This document shows, in pieces, positions 44,315 through 54,398 of a stretch of 64,000 bases of DNA. Below the pieces are notes generated by a model. The model ran no database searches. It was not told the origin of the DNA and saw only the letters and a list, made by a program, of their open reading frames with translations. A program made the position numbers and the translations under genes. How positions within the stretch are numbered: position 1 is the first letter of the stretch; each line of letters starts with the position of its first letter. Source of the DNA: Patescibacteria group bacterium (GTDB lineage: Bacteria; Patescibacteriota; Minisyncoccia; 2-02-FULL-40-12; IGHO2-01-FULL-4-A); the NCBI GenBank assembly GCA_038064915.1, contig JBBTSB010000005.1, positions 10,615-74,614 of the forward strand. The letters are read 5' to 3'.

Positions 44315-45568
44315 ATGGAGAAAATAGTATCGTTGTGCAAACGCCGTGGATTTATTTTCCAAGGTAGTGAAATCTACGGTGGTTTTGCCAATAGCTGGGA
44401 CTACGGACCATTGGGAGTACAGCTCAAGCGCAACATTGAGGCCGAATGGTGGAAGATGTTTGTGGAGCGTAGAAATGACATGTACGGCATTGACCCGGCC
44501 ATCATCATGAATCCCAAAGTGTGGGAAGCAAGCGGCCATGTGGCGGAGTTTTCCGATCCGCTCGTGGAGTGTAAAAAATGTCACAGCCGGTACCGTGGTG
44601 ATCAAATTGAAGAGGTTTGCCCCAACTGCGGCGGCAAAGAATTTTCTGAAGCTAAGCAATTTAATTTGCTGTTTAAGACCTTCATCGGTCCTACCGAAGG
44701 CACATCGACGACCGCTTATTTGAGGGGAGAGCTGGCGCAGGCGATGTTTGTAAACTACCTCAACGTCATGCAGACAATGCGACCGGACTTGCCCTTCGGT
44801 ATAGCGGCACAGGGGAAGGTGTTTCGCAACGAAATTACACCGGGTAACTTTATCTTCCGCACTCGGGAGTTTAGTCTGATGGAGTTTGAGTATTTTGTAA
44901 GAGCCGAGGAATGGGAGAAGTGGTTTGCGTATTGGAGAGCCGAAATGCAAACGTGGCTCAAACACCTGGGCGTCAACTTGGATCACATCCATGAAGTGGA
45001 AATTCCAGACGGCGAGCGCGCACACTACAGCAAGCGCACGATAGACTTTGAATATGACTATCCGTTTGGGCAAAAGGAACTCTATGGACTCGCATATCGG
45101 ACGGACTATGATTTGAAACGCCATCAAGAAAAGAGTGGCCAAAACTTCGGCGAAATCCCGCATGTAATAGAGCCGACATTTGGTATAGACCGCTCGCTCC
45201 TCGTCGCGATGCTGGAAGCGTATCACGAAGAGGAAGTTGAAGGAGAGATAAGAGTTGTATTGCGATTTCCCAAGTGGATGGCTCCCGTGCAAGTAGCTGT
45301 CTTGCCGTTGTCTAAAAAAGAGGAACTTATGAAACCCGCTAAAGAAATCCTTGCGTCGTTGGCTACTCATTTTCGCGTCGAATATGACGAGACCCAATCC
45401 ATCGGCAAACGCTACCGGCGCCAAGATGAAATTGGCACGCCGTTTTGCGTCACCATCGATTTTGAAACGCTCAATGACAACGCGGTAACCGTACGTGACC
45501 GAGACACCATGAAACAGCAGCGGATAGCTATTGCGGAACTGGCTGAGTATGTTAAGAACAATCTATGA
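44315..45568 (+). CDS. glyQS: Glycine--tRNA ligase (alpha2 type)
   Basis: LCKRRGFIF..SEIYGG, WDYGPLG, FRNEITPGNFIFRTREF and SIGKRYRRQDEIGTP; alternative start 44294. Confidence 0.97.
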   Translation: MEKIVSLCKRRGFIFQGSEIYGGFANSWDYGPLGVQLKRNIEAEWWKMFVERRNDMYGIDPAIIMNPKVWEASGHVAEFSDPLVECKKCHSRYRGDQIEEVCPNCGGKEFSEAKQFNLLFKTFIGPTEGTSTTAYLRGELAQAMFVNYLNVMQTMRPDLPFGIAAQGKVFRNEITPGNFIFRTREFSLMEFEYFVRAEEWEKWFAYWRAEMQTWLKHLGVNLDHIHEVEIPDGERAHYSKRTIDFEYDYPFGQKELYGLAYRTDYDLKRHQEKSGQNFGEIPHVIEPTFGIDRSLLVAMLEAYHEEEVEGEIRVVLRFPKWMAPVQVAVLPLSKKEELMKPAKEILASLATHFRVEYDETQSIGKRYRRQDEIGTPFCVTIDFETLNDNAVTVRDRDTMKQQRIAIAELAEYVKNNL

Positions 45569-46842
45569 ATCACGGCAAATTTGTTTATCCCAATGGCCTG
45601 CGTCTTCTCACGATTCCCATGCAAAGCACCGAGACGGTGACCGTTCTTGTGTTAGTTGGCACCGGCTCCCGCTATGAGACGCGTGAGATCAATGGTATCT
45701 CTCATTTCCTCGAACACTTGATGTTTAAAGGTACAACCAAACGGCCGGGGGCTTTGGACATTTCTGAAGAACTCGATGCAATCGGTGCGGAGTACAATGC
45801 ATTTACGTCCAAAGAATACACCGGCTACTATGTAAAGTGCGCCGCGGCAAAACTCGATATTGCACTTGATGTGATTTCGGATATTTTTCAAAACTCAAAA
45901 TTTGATGCCGGAGAAATCGACCGTGAGCGTGGACCGGTGAAAGAAGAAATTAACATGTACTTTGATACACCGGCGCGCTATGTGGGGACGCTCTATGAAC
46001 TGCTCATGTATGGTGACCAGCCGTTGGGATGGGATATCGCGGGACCAAAGGAAAACATCGACAAGTTGCAACGGGATCAGTTTGTCGAGTATTTCAATAC
46101 CCACTATTTTGCACAAAATACAGTCATAGCCGTTGCTGGAAACATCGAGAGTGAAGCGGCAAAGACAAAAATACAAAAGTACTTCAACAACATTCGGGAA
46201 CATGAACACATCAAACCTGCCACTGCGCCTATGGAACAGGATTCACCGCGGCTTACAGTATTTCATAAAACGACCGAACAAACTCATATTGAGCTGGGAT
46301 TCCGAGCGTGGAGTCGTTTTGATCCTCGCTACGAAACCCTCGAGGTTATTGCTACGATTCTTGGCGGCGGTATGAGTTCACGCATGTTTGTGGAAGTTCG
46401 TGAGCGGCGCGGGCTGGCCTATCGGGTGAGTACCGGGGTGGACGTCTACCATGAGACAGGGGACCTCACGACGAGTGCGGGGTTGACCAACAGCAAACTG
46501 CACGAGGCACTCAACGTCATTCTAGAGCAGTATCACCGTCTCGTTCGCGATCCTGTTCCTGCAAAGGAACTCTTGAAAGCGAAGGATTATCTCAAAGGCA
46601 AGTTTCTCATAGGCCTGGAGCCATCTGATGCGCAGGCGGGCTTTTACGGAGAACAGGAGCTTTTGGAAAATCGTATTCTCACGCCCGAAGAACGCTTAGC
46701 AAAAATCGACGAAGTAACTTCCGAACACATCCAAAAGGTTGCCACGGAACTCTTTCGTCCAGATCGTCTCAACTTTGCACTCGTAGGTCCCCAAAAAGGG
46801 GAAGATGAGTTGAAAAAAATCCTCCATGACTTTGGAAATTGA
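45565..46842 (+). CDS. M16 family zinc peptidase
   Basis: GISHFLEHLMFKGT (HxxEH), NAFTSKE and SSRMFVEVRERRGLAY motifs. Confidence 0.95.
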   Translation: MNHGKFVYPNGLRLLTIPMQSTETVTVLVLVGTGSRYETREINGISHFLEHLMFKGTTKRPGALDISEELDAIGAEYNAFTSKEYTGYYVKCAAAKLDIALDVISDIFQNSKFDAGEIDRERGPVKEEINMYFDTPARYVGTLYELLMYGDQPLGWDIAGPKENIDKLQRDQFVEYFNTHYFAQNTVIAVAGNIESEAAKTKIQKYFNNIREHEHIKPATAPMEQDSPRLTVFHKTTEQTHIELGFRAWSRFDPRYETLEVIATILGGGMSSRMFVEVRERRGLAYRVSTGVDVYHETGDLTTSAGLTNSKLHEALNVILEQYHRLVRDPVPAKELLKAKDYLKGKFLIGLEPSDAQAGFYGEQELLENRILTPEERLAKIDEVTSEHIQKVATELFRPDRLNFALVGPQKGEDELKKILHDFGN

Positions 46843-47836
46843 AGCAAAAACGGTCATAAAAATCATACTTGTTATCCTGGCATTTCTTTTTCTCTATCTG
46901 TTACGGGATGTTTTGATGGTACTTTTGTTTTCTATCATCATTGCGTCCGCGGTGAGTCCCTTTGCGTCATGGCTTGAGTCTAAGCGGGTTCCACGCATGG
47001 TGGGCGTCATGCTTTTTTATGTACTGTTTTTTGGTCTCTTGGTCGCTTTTCTCTCCTTGGCCATTCCTATTGTAGCGTCAGAATTGAACCAGCTAACACA
47101 AACCCTGCCAAAACTATTTGAACAAGTTCAGCAAGCAGGCTCTTCCCGATATGTGGATTTTGTGACAGAAATCCAAAACTTTCTTGAGTCTTCATCGCAG
47201 TTTCTTCAGACAACCTCTAGCTCGATATTTAGTTTGCTCATCGATATTTTTGGAGGACTGATTTCATTCATTTCCATCATCGTGATTTCCTTTTACTTTT
47301 CCGTCATGAAGCAGGGAGTGGCGACATTTTTCAAATCCATCCTACCGGCAACGCACGAGGGATATGCCATTGGCTTGTGGAAACGTGCCGAGGCAAAGGT
47401 GGGGAAGTGGCTCCAGGGTCAATTGCTCCTGGCGCTCATCGTGGGGTTTGTCGTCTTTGTCGGACTTTCGCTCTTGAACGTCAAATACGCGTTGCTCTTG
47501 GGTATCATTGCGATGATTTTTGAACTCATTCCCTATGTGGGGCCCGTGATGGCCGCTGTACCGGCACTTATCCTGGCCTTTTTGCAATCGCCAACTCTTG
47601 GATTTTGGGTTTTGATTTTTTACGTTGCGGTTCAACAACTGGAAAATCAGTTGTTGACACCATTGATTTTGGGCAAGACGACGGGACTCCATCCGGTTAC
47701 CGTGGTGGTGGCGCTCTTGATCGGCGCGAAGCTCGCTGGTATTCTGGGAGTGCTGTTGGCGGTACCGGTGGCGGTGATTCTCGTAGAAGTGTTTGAGGAC
47801 CTTGCCGCACAGCGCCATAAGGCAATGCCGATGTAG
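46826..47836 (+). CDS. AI-2E family transporter
   Basis: WLQGQL, ELIPYVGP, QQLENQLLTP, GLHP and GILGVLLAVP motifs. Confidence 0.93.
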   Translation: MTLEIEAKTVIKIILVILAFLFLYLLRDVLMVLLFSIIIASAVSPFASWLESKRVPRMVGVMLFYVLFFGLLVAFLSLAIPIVASELNQLTQTLPKLFEQVQQAGSSRYVDFVTEIQNFLESSSQFLQTTSSSIFSLLIDIFGGLISFISIIVISFYFSVMKQGVATFFKSILPATHEGYAIGLWKRAEAKVGKWLQGQLLLALIVGFVVFVGLSLLNVKYALLLGIIAMIFELIPYVGPVMAAVPALILAFLQSPTLGFWVLIFYVAVQQLENQLLTPLILGKTTGLHPVTVVVALLIGAKLAGILGVLLAVPVAVILVEVFEDLAAQRHKAMPM

Positions 47837-47902
47837 CTCAGCTGGTAGAGCAATTCTTTCGTAAAGAATAGGTCGTCGGTTCGAATCCGACCATCGGCTC
47901 CA
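47827..47902 (+). tRNA. tRNA-Thr(CGT)
   Basis: GCCGATG/CATCGGC acceptor, ATTCT-TTCGTAA-AGAAT anticodon arm, encoded CCA. Confidence 0.95.
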
Positions 47903-47937
47903 CTTTCATTTTTCACTCAATTTGATAAAATAAGATC

Positions 47938-48940
47938 ATGCCCTCTCCGCGCGAAATGCTCGAAGAAATGCAGTCGAAACTCCCGGCAATCCGGGAGCGG
48001 CTTTGACCTGGACGGCTCTCGTGCCCGTATAGCCGATCTTGAGCTTGAGATGCAAAGTCCAGACTTTTGGACGGATCATCAAAAAGCGAGTCAGATAGCC
48101 AAAGAACTTGAGAGTCTGAAGCGAGAAGTGACATTCTGGGAAGGTTTTGAGGAGCGGCTCGCATCAGGATCGGATATTCCGGCGCTCAAAAAAGAATTTG
48201 ATACGCAGTACGTAAAGATTTTTCTTTCGGGCAAGTATGATCACAACCACGCACTTCTCTCTATCCATAGCGGTGCCGGGGGAGAGGATGCTGCAGATTG
48301 GGCGCGCATGCTCTTTGATATGTATCGTAAATACTGTGAACGTGAGGGATTCGGATTTTTGATCCTAGATGACTTGACCGCAGAAGTGAGCGGCCACTAT
48401 GCCTTCGGGTACCTCAAGGGGGAGTCGGGTGTACACCGACTTGTGCGCGTTTCACCTTACGATGCCAATAAGCGCCGACATACGTCGTTTGCGCTGGTTG
48501 AGGTGCTCCCGGAAATTGAAAATCTGAAATTGGAAATTCGCAGTGAAGATCTGCGCGTAGATACGTTCCGTTCATCGGGGCCAGGCGGACAAAATGTCAA
48601 TAAACTCGAGACAGCCGTTCGTGTTACCCATATTCCCACCAATACGGTGGTTGCGGTACAGTCAGAGCGATCCCAGGCGCAGAATAAGGAAAAAGCGATG
48701 CATGTGTTACAATCAAAACTAGCAAAGCTTTTGGAGGAACACCAGGCAAAGGAACTTTCTGAATTACGTGGTAAAATAAAAGATCAGGCTATCGAGTGGG
48801 GGAATCAGATTAGATCATATGTGTTAAATCCCTATAAACAAGTAAAGGACCACCGGACGGGAGTCGAATCAACCCAACCCGACAAGGTTTTAGAAGGTGG
48901 ACTCGACGATTTTATCCAAGCAGAAATAACCCATGATTGA
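47938..48940 (+). CDS. prfB: Peptide chain release factor 2, programmed +1 frameshift
   Basis: ATG 47938 is in frame with CTT-TGA-C at 48001-48007, with GGGAG just upstream; the +1 frame carries GESGVHRLVRVSPY and GPGGQ. Confidence 0.95.
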
Positions 48941-49616
48941 ATTTAAGGGAGTACAAAAAATTTACGAGCCTAACGATGTCGTTTTGGACAACATTGATCT
49001 TACGATCAAGAAAGGAGAATTCGTGTCCCTGGTCGGGCTTTCCGGTGCCGGTAAGTCCACGCTCATGCGCATCCTCACCAAAGAGCTGAAGCCAACCGCC
49101 GGCAATGTAAGCGTAGACGGAACAGATTTGAATGATATCGCTGACAAGGAAGTTCCATATTTTCGCCGAAAGTTCGGGACGATCTACCAGGATTTCAAAC
49201 TCTTGAACAATAAAACGGCTCATGAAAATGTTGCATTCGCAATGGAAGTTTCTGATGCAACGCCGGAGGATATCGCCCGTGATGTGCCACAGATTCTTTC
49301 TATCGTTGGTTTAGCTGACAAGGCACAGAATTTTCCTAACCAGCTCTCCGGGGGAGAACAGCAAAGACTTGCCATTGCGCGCGCCATGATCCATCGGCCG
49401 AAGATTTTACTTGCCGATGAACCTACGGGAAATCTGGATTTGGTGAATAGCTATGATGTGGTAAAATTATTGCTAAAGATCAATGAGTTTGGCACTACGG
49501 TGGTGCTTGCGACCCATGATACCCATATTGTGAATACCATTGGTAGGCGTGTCGTGACAATGGATAAAGGTAAAATCGTACGCGACCAGCTTGAGGCCGG
49601 CCGTTACATCATATGA
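48933..49616 (+). CDS. ftsE: Cell division ATP-binding protein FtsE
   Basis: [23 protein letters not shown] and ADEPTGNLD; precedes ftsX. Confidence 0.93.
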   Translation: MIEFKGVQKIYEPNDVVLDNIDLTIKKGEFVSLVGLSGAGKSTLMRILTKELKPTAGNVSVDGTDLNDIADKEVPYFRRKFGTIYQDFKLLNNKTAHENVAFAMEVSDATPEDIARDVPQILSIVGLADKAQNFPNQLSGGEQQRLAIARAMIHRPKILLADEPTGNLDLVNSYDVVKLLLKINEFGTTVVLATHDTHIVNTIGRRVVTMDKGKIVRDQLEAGRYII

Positions 49617-50521
49617 AACACAATCTCCTTCGCATTTTCAAAACGGGGTGGACAAATTTTACCCGCAATAGTTATATGAGCTTTGCGGTAACTGGTGTTA
49701 TGGCTCTCGCTTTGCTTCTTTTCCTTGGATTACTGACATTTCAGGTTCTTACCGGACGCGTGGTCAGCTCGATACAGGAGAAGGTTGATATTAGCGCCTA
49801 TTTTAAAACAACAACATCCGAAGAACAAATTATTTCCGTAAAAGCTGATCTTGAAAAGCTTCCCGAGGTTGCCGCAGTAACCTATGTTTCCTCAGAACAA
49901 GCTCGAGAAGATTTTAAAAAACGGCACGAGGATGATACCCTCATACAGGAATCGCTCGACCAACTGGATACCAATCCTTTTGGAGCGACACTCAACATTC
50001 GTGCGCGAGATCCAGAGAATTATTCTGCAGTGGCGACATTTTTAGAGAATAGCCGCTATCGAGACCAGATGAGCGAAATCAATTACAATGAAAACAAAGC
50101 GGTAATCGACAAGATCAATAGCTTTGCCAGAAGTCTTCGAGCTTGGGGACTCATTGTGACCTTTATGCTGGTGATTATCGCCACACTTATAACGTTCAAT
50201 ACTATTCGCCTAACTATCTACAATCAAAAGCAAGAGATCGAAATCATGCGCCTTGTTGGGGCTTCCAACTGGCATATTCAGGGTCCGTACCTTGCCGAAG
50301 GGGGGATCTATGGGGCCATCGCGGCACTTGTGGCGCTTTTCATTTTCTATCCTATTCTCTATCTCGCATCGCATCGGCTTCTCATTTTTGTGCCTGACGT
50401 AAACCTATTTCGATACTTTCTCATCAACAGTTGGCAGATTGTTCTCCTTGCATTGATTGTTGGCGTGCTTCTTGGTATGGTTTCGAGTATCGTTGCAATC
50501 CGACGACATTTGAAGATCTAA
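49613..50521 (+). CDS. ftsX: Cell division permease FtsX
   Basis: FNTIRLTIY..KQEIEIMRLVGASNWHIQGPY..EG. Confidence 0.93.
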   Translation: MKHNLLRIFKTGWTNFTRNSYMSFAVTGVMALALLLFLGLLTFQVLTGRVVSSIQEKVDISAYFKTTTSEEQIISVKADLEKLPEVAAVTYVSSEQAREDFKKRHEDDTLIQESLDQLDTNPFGATLNIRARDPENYSAVATFLENSRYRDQMSEINYNENKAVIDKINSFARSLRAWGLIVTFMLVIIATLITFNTIRLTIYNQKQEIEIMRLVGASNWHIQGPYLAEGGIYGAIAALVALFIFYPILYLASHRLLIFVPDVNLFRYFLINSWQIVLLALIVGVLLGMVSSIVAIRRHLKI

Positions 50522-50524
50522 CCA

Positions 50525-51976
50525 ATGTACGCATTCCTCTCGGTCTACAGCAAAACAGGTATTGAAGACTTTGCGCGCGAGTTGCGCAAGCTTGGCTACC
50601 ATATTATTGCTTCCGGCGGTACGGCCAAGCATCTCAAGGCAGCTGCAGTGCCGGTCACCGACCTTGCCAAGCTCATTGGAGCGGGGGAGATGCTCCATCA
50701 CAAAGTAGTGACTCTTGATCGCAAGTTTCATGCGATGCTTTTGGCGGATGAGAGCCCAGAGGAGACTATGGAACTCAATAAGCTCGGGGTACCTCGAATA
50801 GACTTGCTCTGCTGTGATTTTTATCCGCAAGTGAAAATTGGTCAAACCGATATTGGTGGACCTACTATGATACGTGCTGCTACCAAAGGCAAGCGAATCG
50901 TGATCTGTGACGTTGCGGATCGAGATCGGGTGATCTCTGCTCTCAATAAGGACAAGATCGAAGGGCTCAAGAAACAACTTTGGGCGAAAGCAGAGCTTAG
51001 TGTTGCCGAGTATGTGCGCGAGTCTGCACAAAAGTACTTGCCGCATCTTCCTGTGAAATATGGTGAAAATCGCTGGCAAAAAAATTCATCACTTCTTATA
51101 ACGGCTAATGAAGATCCATTTTCTCCGGAGAAGTTTACTCTCAAAGAGGGGAGTGATAGGAGCTATATCAATTTCACGGACATTGATCGATTGCTTCAAT
51201 CAGCGACGCACATCGCGGCAGGATTCAAAAAGAATTTCAAAAACATTCCAAAGCTTGCCATCGGTGCTAAACATGGGAACTTATGTGGCGCTGGTATCGG
51301 AGGGGATGCTTTAAAAAAAATGCTATCTGGAGATCCTCAAGCAATCTCTGGTGGTTGGGTCCTTGTCAATTTCGCTATAGGACAAAAAGAAGCGAAGCTT
51401 CTCAAGGAAGGAAGAATTCTTGATGGTGTGATTGCTCCGGCAATTACCGATGATGCTATAGAAATACTTGCAAGAAAAAGTGGTAAGTGCAGGATCGTAG
51501 TAAATAAGAAACTGCGTACGCACCTACACATGCTTGATGAGCATCTTCGCTTCCGCTACATTCGCGGTGGGGTTCTCACACAATCAAACTACACGTTTGT
51601 GCCAGTATTAAAAAATAAAGATTTGCTTCTTGCCTGGGCCGTAGGCAGTACTAGTAACAGCAATACGGTTACACTCGTAAGAGATGGAACACTCATTGCA
51701 AATGCAACCGGCCAGCAATCTCGCGTGCTAGCCTGTCGCCTCGCATTGATGATCGCAAAAAATTCTGGACACGAAATCAATGGGTCTGCAGCTTACAGTG
51801 ATAGCTTCTTTCCATTTCTGGATGGTCCAAAGCTGCTTGTGGATAACGGTGTCAAGTCATTATTTGTCACATCGGGGTCCATTCGCGACAAAGAAGTTTT
51901 CGACTATCTAAAGTCATCTGAAATAAAAGTATTCTCACCATCAGATGAAGAAGCTCGAGGCTTTTACGCTCATTAG
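50525..51976 (+). CDS. purH: Bifunctional AICAR transformylase/IMP cyclohydrolase (divergent)
   Basis: LSVYSKTGI, SGGTAK.L, DIGGPTMIRAA, KYGEN..Q, KHGN.CG, GQQSR, SDSFFPF.DG and GSIRD motifs. Confidence 0.88.
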   Translation: MYAFLSVYSKTGIEDFARELRKLGYHIIASGGTAKHLKAAAVPVTDLAKLIGAGEMLHHKVVTLDRKFHAMLLADESPEETMELNKLGVPRIDLLCCDFYPQVKIGQTDIGGPTMIRAATKGKRIVICDVADRDRVISALNKDKIEGLKKQLWAKAELSVAEYVRESAQKYLPHLPVKYGENRWQKNSSLLITANEDPFSPEKFTLKEGSDRSYINFTDIDRLLQSATHIAAGFKKNFKNIPKLAIGAKHGNLCGAGIGGDALKKMLSGDPQAISGGWVLVNFAIGQKEAKLLKEGRILDGVIAPAITDDAIEILARKSGKCRIVVNKKLRTHLHMLDEHLRFRYIRGGVLTQSNYTFVPVLKNKDLLLAWAVGSTSNSNTVTLVRDGTLIANATGQQSRVLACRLALMIAKNSGHEINGSAAYSDSFFPFLDGPKLLVDNGVKSLFVTSGSIRDKEVFDYLKSSEIKVFSPSDEEARGFYAH

Positions 51977-52113
51977 CTATATAAACCTTACTACTAGCAT
52001 TGTATGCTCTAGTAATGTTATTATAGCAATATCATTGTCGTGGCAATATGGACATTTTCGTTCTGTATTGATCACCAAAATATCTTCTTTTCGCTGTCGC
52101 TCTTCTATGGATG

Positions 52114-52821
52114 CTAAATAATAGATGAAATTCCTCTCATCCATCCGGCAATTTGACGAGCTAAAAGTGAGCTCGCTCGTACTCTGATCCGAAGCAGTCC
52201 AAATGGTGAAGATGGTGAAGACTGCCTCTTTTGTTTATAGCGGTGGGACGTTTGTTTAAAAAAATAAATTCTATTTAAATCTGATGCTGGCGATTTTGTA
52301 ATACGACTCCAGTGGAGAAGAATATTATGTTTGTTGTTCCGATGTTCCTCCTTCAAAAAAATATCAAATAGTATGTCATCCTTGGATAGTTTTCCAATCT
52401 CGAGGAGCCATCGAAGAAATAATTTGATTTGAAAATCATCAGAGCTGGTGAATGACACTCCTTTGCGTAGATCTGACTCTCTCTCGCGTCGCAGTCGTTC
52501 GCGTCCGTAGAGAATTATTCCCATCAGCCAGAGTTCTCTAGTTGAAATTTGTTTAATGTCATGAACAGATGACTCGCGAATTTCTCGAATCGACTTTATT
52601 GTGTTCTCAATTTTTTTCCATGCACCTGCGCGTGCGCCCTCGCGTCGTCGTCGAGCGACTCTTTCCTGTTGCGGGGGAGTGAGTTGGAAACTTTTTAGCC
52701 AGTTACCGAGGGTGGATTTGGGTACGGAGAGGCGTTCTTGGATTTCGGCGTATGAATACCCCTGCCGACGGAGGCTCTTGGCAAGCTCTTTTGTTTTTTC
52801 GGGAGTGGTGAAAATGGTCAT
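52114..52821 (-). CDS. HTH-containing hypothetical protein
   Basis: AKSLRRQGYSYAEI..RLSVPKSTLGNW N-terminal HTH; C-terminal VSFTSSD...FLRWL...FGLLRIRV. Confidence 0.8.
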   Translation of the reverse strand: MTIFTTPEKTKELAKSLRRQGYSYAEIQERLSVPKSTLGNWLKSFQLTPPQQERVARRRREGARAGAWKKIENTIKSIREIRESSVHDIKQISTRELWLMGIILYGRERLRRERESDLRKGVSFTSSDDFQIKLFLRWLLEIGKLSKDDILFDIFLKEEHRNNKHNILLHWSRITKSPASDLNRIYFFKQTSHRYKQKRQSSPSSPFGLLRIRVRASSLLARQIAGWMRGISSII

Positions 52822-52937
52822 AGACAAGCCAACTATATTAGTACGAATATGCTAACATCGGCCCGTATTTGTGTCTAGATATAATTATCAACATTCCGTG
52901 GTGGATTAATTTGATTGGTGGTGATATAGTAGTATTT

Positions 52938-54398
52938 ATGCGTATATTATTTGTGGCCTCGGAAGCTGCTCCATATGTAAAAGTCGGTGGTCTCGGTGAA
53001 GTTATGTTCTCGTTGCCGCGGGCTCTTAATGCGTTGGGGCATGACGCACGGGTGATAATTCCTCGATATGCAACTATCAACCACGAGCAGTATCCGGTTA
53101 CGACGGTAATCGAAGGACTCGCGGTACCGATGGGATTGAAGGAGCCTATTATGTGCAATGTTAAGGTGCATGAGAAGACGTTTTTCCTGGAAAATCTAGA
53201 ATACTACGAGAAGCGGGCAAACGTGTATGGATATGATGATGACGCAGCGCGATGGGCCGTTTTGTGTCGGGGCGTTCTTGAGTTTGTTCGGCAATATGTT
53301 GACTGGCGTCCTGATGTCATCGTAGCTGCGGACTGGCAGGGTGGGCTCATTCCCAACTACATGCATGGGGAGTACAAGCAGGACCCGGTGTTGTCAAAAA
53401 TACCTGTGGTGTTTTCCATTCACAATCTCTATTACCAAGGAATGTTTGATCACAACTTTGTGACCGAGATGGACTACGATGACGGTCAGTCCGAAATTCC
53501 CGCTCTCACTGATCAGCGCATGCTAAAGATCAATTTTATGAGGCGCGGTATCCGCTATGCTGATGTGATCAATACGGTTTCTCCAACCTATGCAAAGGAG
53601 ATTACTGCTCCGGAGTATGGCGAGAAACTTGATCCGCTCCTTGCAGAGCGAAGATCGCGACTTTTTGGCATACTCAATGGGATCGACTATGCTAGCAATA
53701 ATCCCGAAACCGACTCACGTCTTGAGTATCGCTTTTCACAACGCAAGCTCACGGAACGCAAGAAAAATAAGGCAGTTTTGCGACAAAAGTTCAACTTGCC
53801 CGAACCTGCGGGCGAGGATATCCCGATCATCGGCATCGTTTCGCGCTTGAGCACACAAAAAGGACTCGATTTAGTCATGGAAGTACTTGAACCGCTTTTG
53901 GAGAATGCGCGCTTTCAGTTTGTTGTCGTGGGGACGGGGGAGGGGAGATTTTTGCAGTACTTTCAGGATATGGATAAAAAATATGATCGTGTCGCCGCTC
54001 ATCTTTCCTATGATGCTATGTTGCCTCCGATCGTCTATGCAGGTGCCGATGCGATATTGGTTCCTTCTCGATATGAGCCATGTGGACTGACCCAGATGGA
54101 AGCGATGCGCTATGGTGCTGTTCCCATCGTCCGAAAGACGGGTGGGTTGGCGGATAGTGTAGAAGACTACAATCCGCGCAACCAGACCGGGACGGGATTT
54201 GTTTTTGAACCGTACAGCTCTTTCGCGTTGTTTGGTGCTGTCATTCGTGCGCTCGAGGCCTACCACAATGAAAAAGTCTGGGAAGGACTCCAAAAGCGTG
54301 CTATGCAAATGGATTTTTCTTGGGACACGTCAGCAAAAGAATACGAGAAGCTTTTTGAACGGGCCGTAGATTTACACACTCGCAATGCGCTGGGCTAA
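52938..54398 (+). CDS. glgA: Glycogen synthase
   Basis: MRILFVASEAAPYVKVGGLG, SIHNL.YQG and PSRYEPCGLTQM motifs. Confidence 0.96.
   Translation: MRILFVASEAAPYVKVGGLGEVMFSLPRALNALGHDARVIIPRYATINHEQYPVTTVIEGLAVPMGLKEPIMCNVKVHEKTFFLENLEYYEKRANVYGYDDDAARWAVLCRGVLEFVRQYVDWRPDVIVAADWQGGLIPNYMHGEYKQDPVLSKIPVVFSIHNLYYQGMFDHNFVTEMDYDDGQSEIPALTDQRMLKINFMRRGIRYADVINTVSPTYAKEITAPEYGEKLDPLLAERRSRLFGILNGIDYASNNPETDSRLEYRFSQRKLTERKKNKAVLRQKFNLPEPAGEDIPIIGIVSRLSTQKGLDLVMEVLEPLLENARFQFVVVGTGEGRFLQYFQDMDKKYDRVAAHLSYDAMLPPIVYAGADAILVPSRYEPCGLTQMEAMRYGAVPIVRKTGGLADSVEDYNPRNQTGTGFVFEPYSSFALFGAVIRALEAYHNEKVWEGLQKRAMQMDFSWDTSAKEYEKLFERAVDLHTRNALG

Noticed and set aside
44252-45424. 390-aa minus-strand ORF
   Set aside because: It is antisense to glyQS with no recognisable motifs; the same applies to 12558-13301, 18934-19584, 22060-22830, 50405-51079 and 55174-55857
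48001-48007. prfB pseudogene (in-frame TGA)
   Set aside because: This is the canonical CTT-TGA-C programmed +1 frameshift
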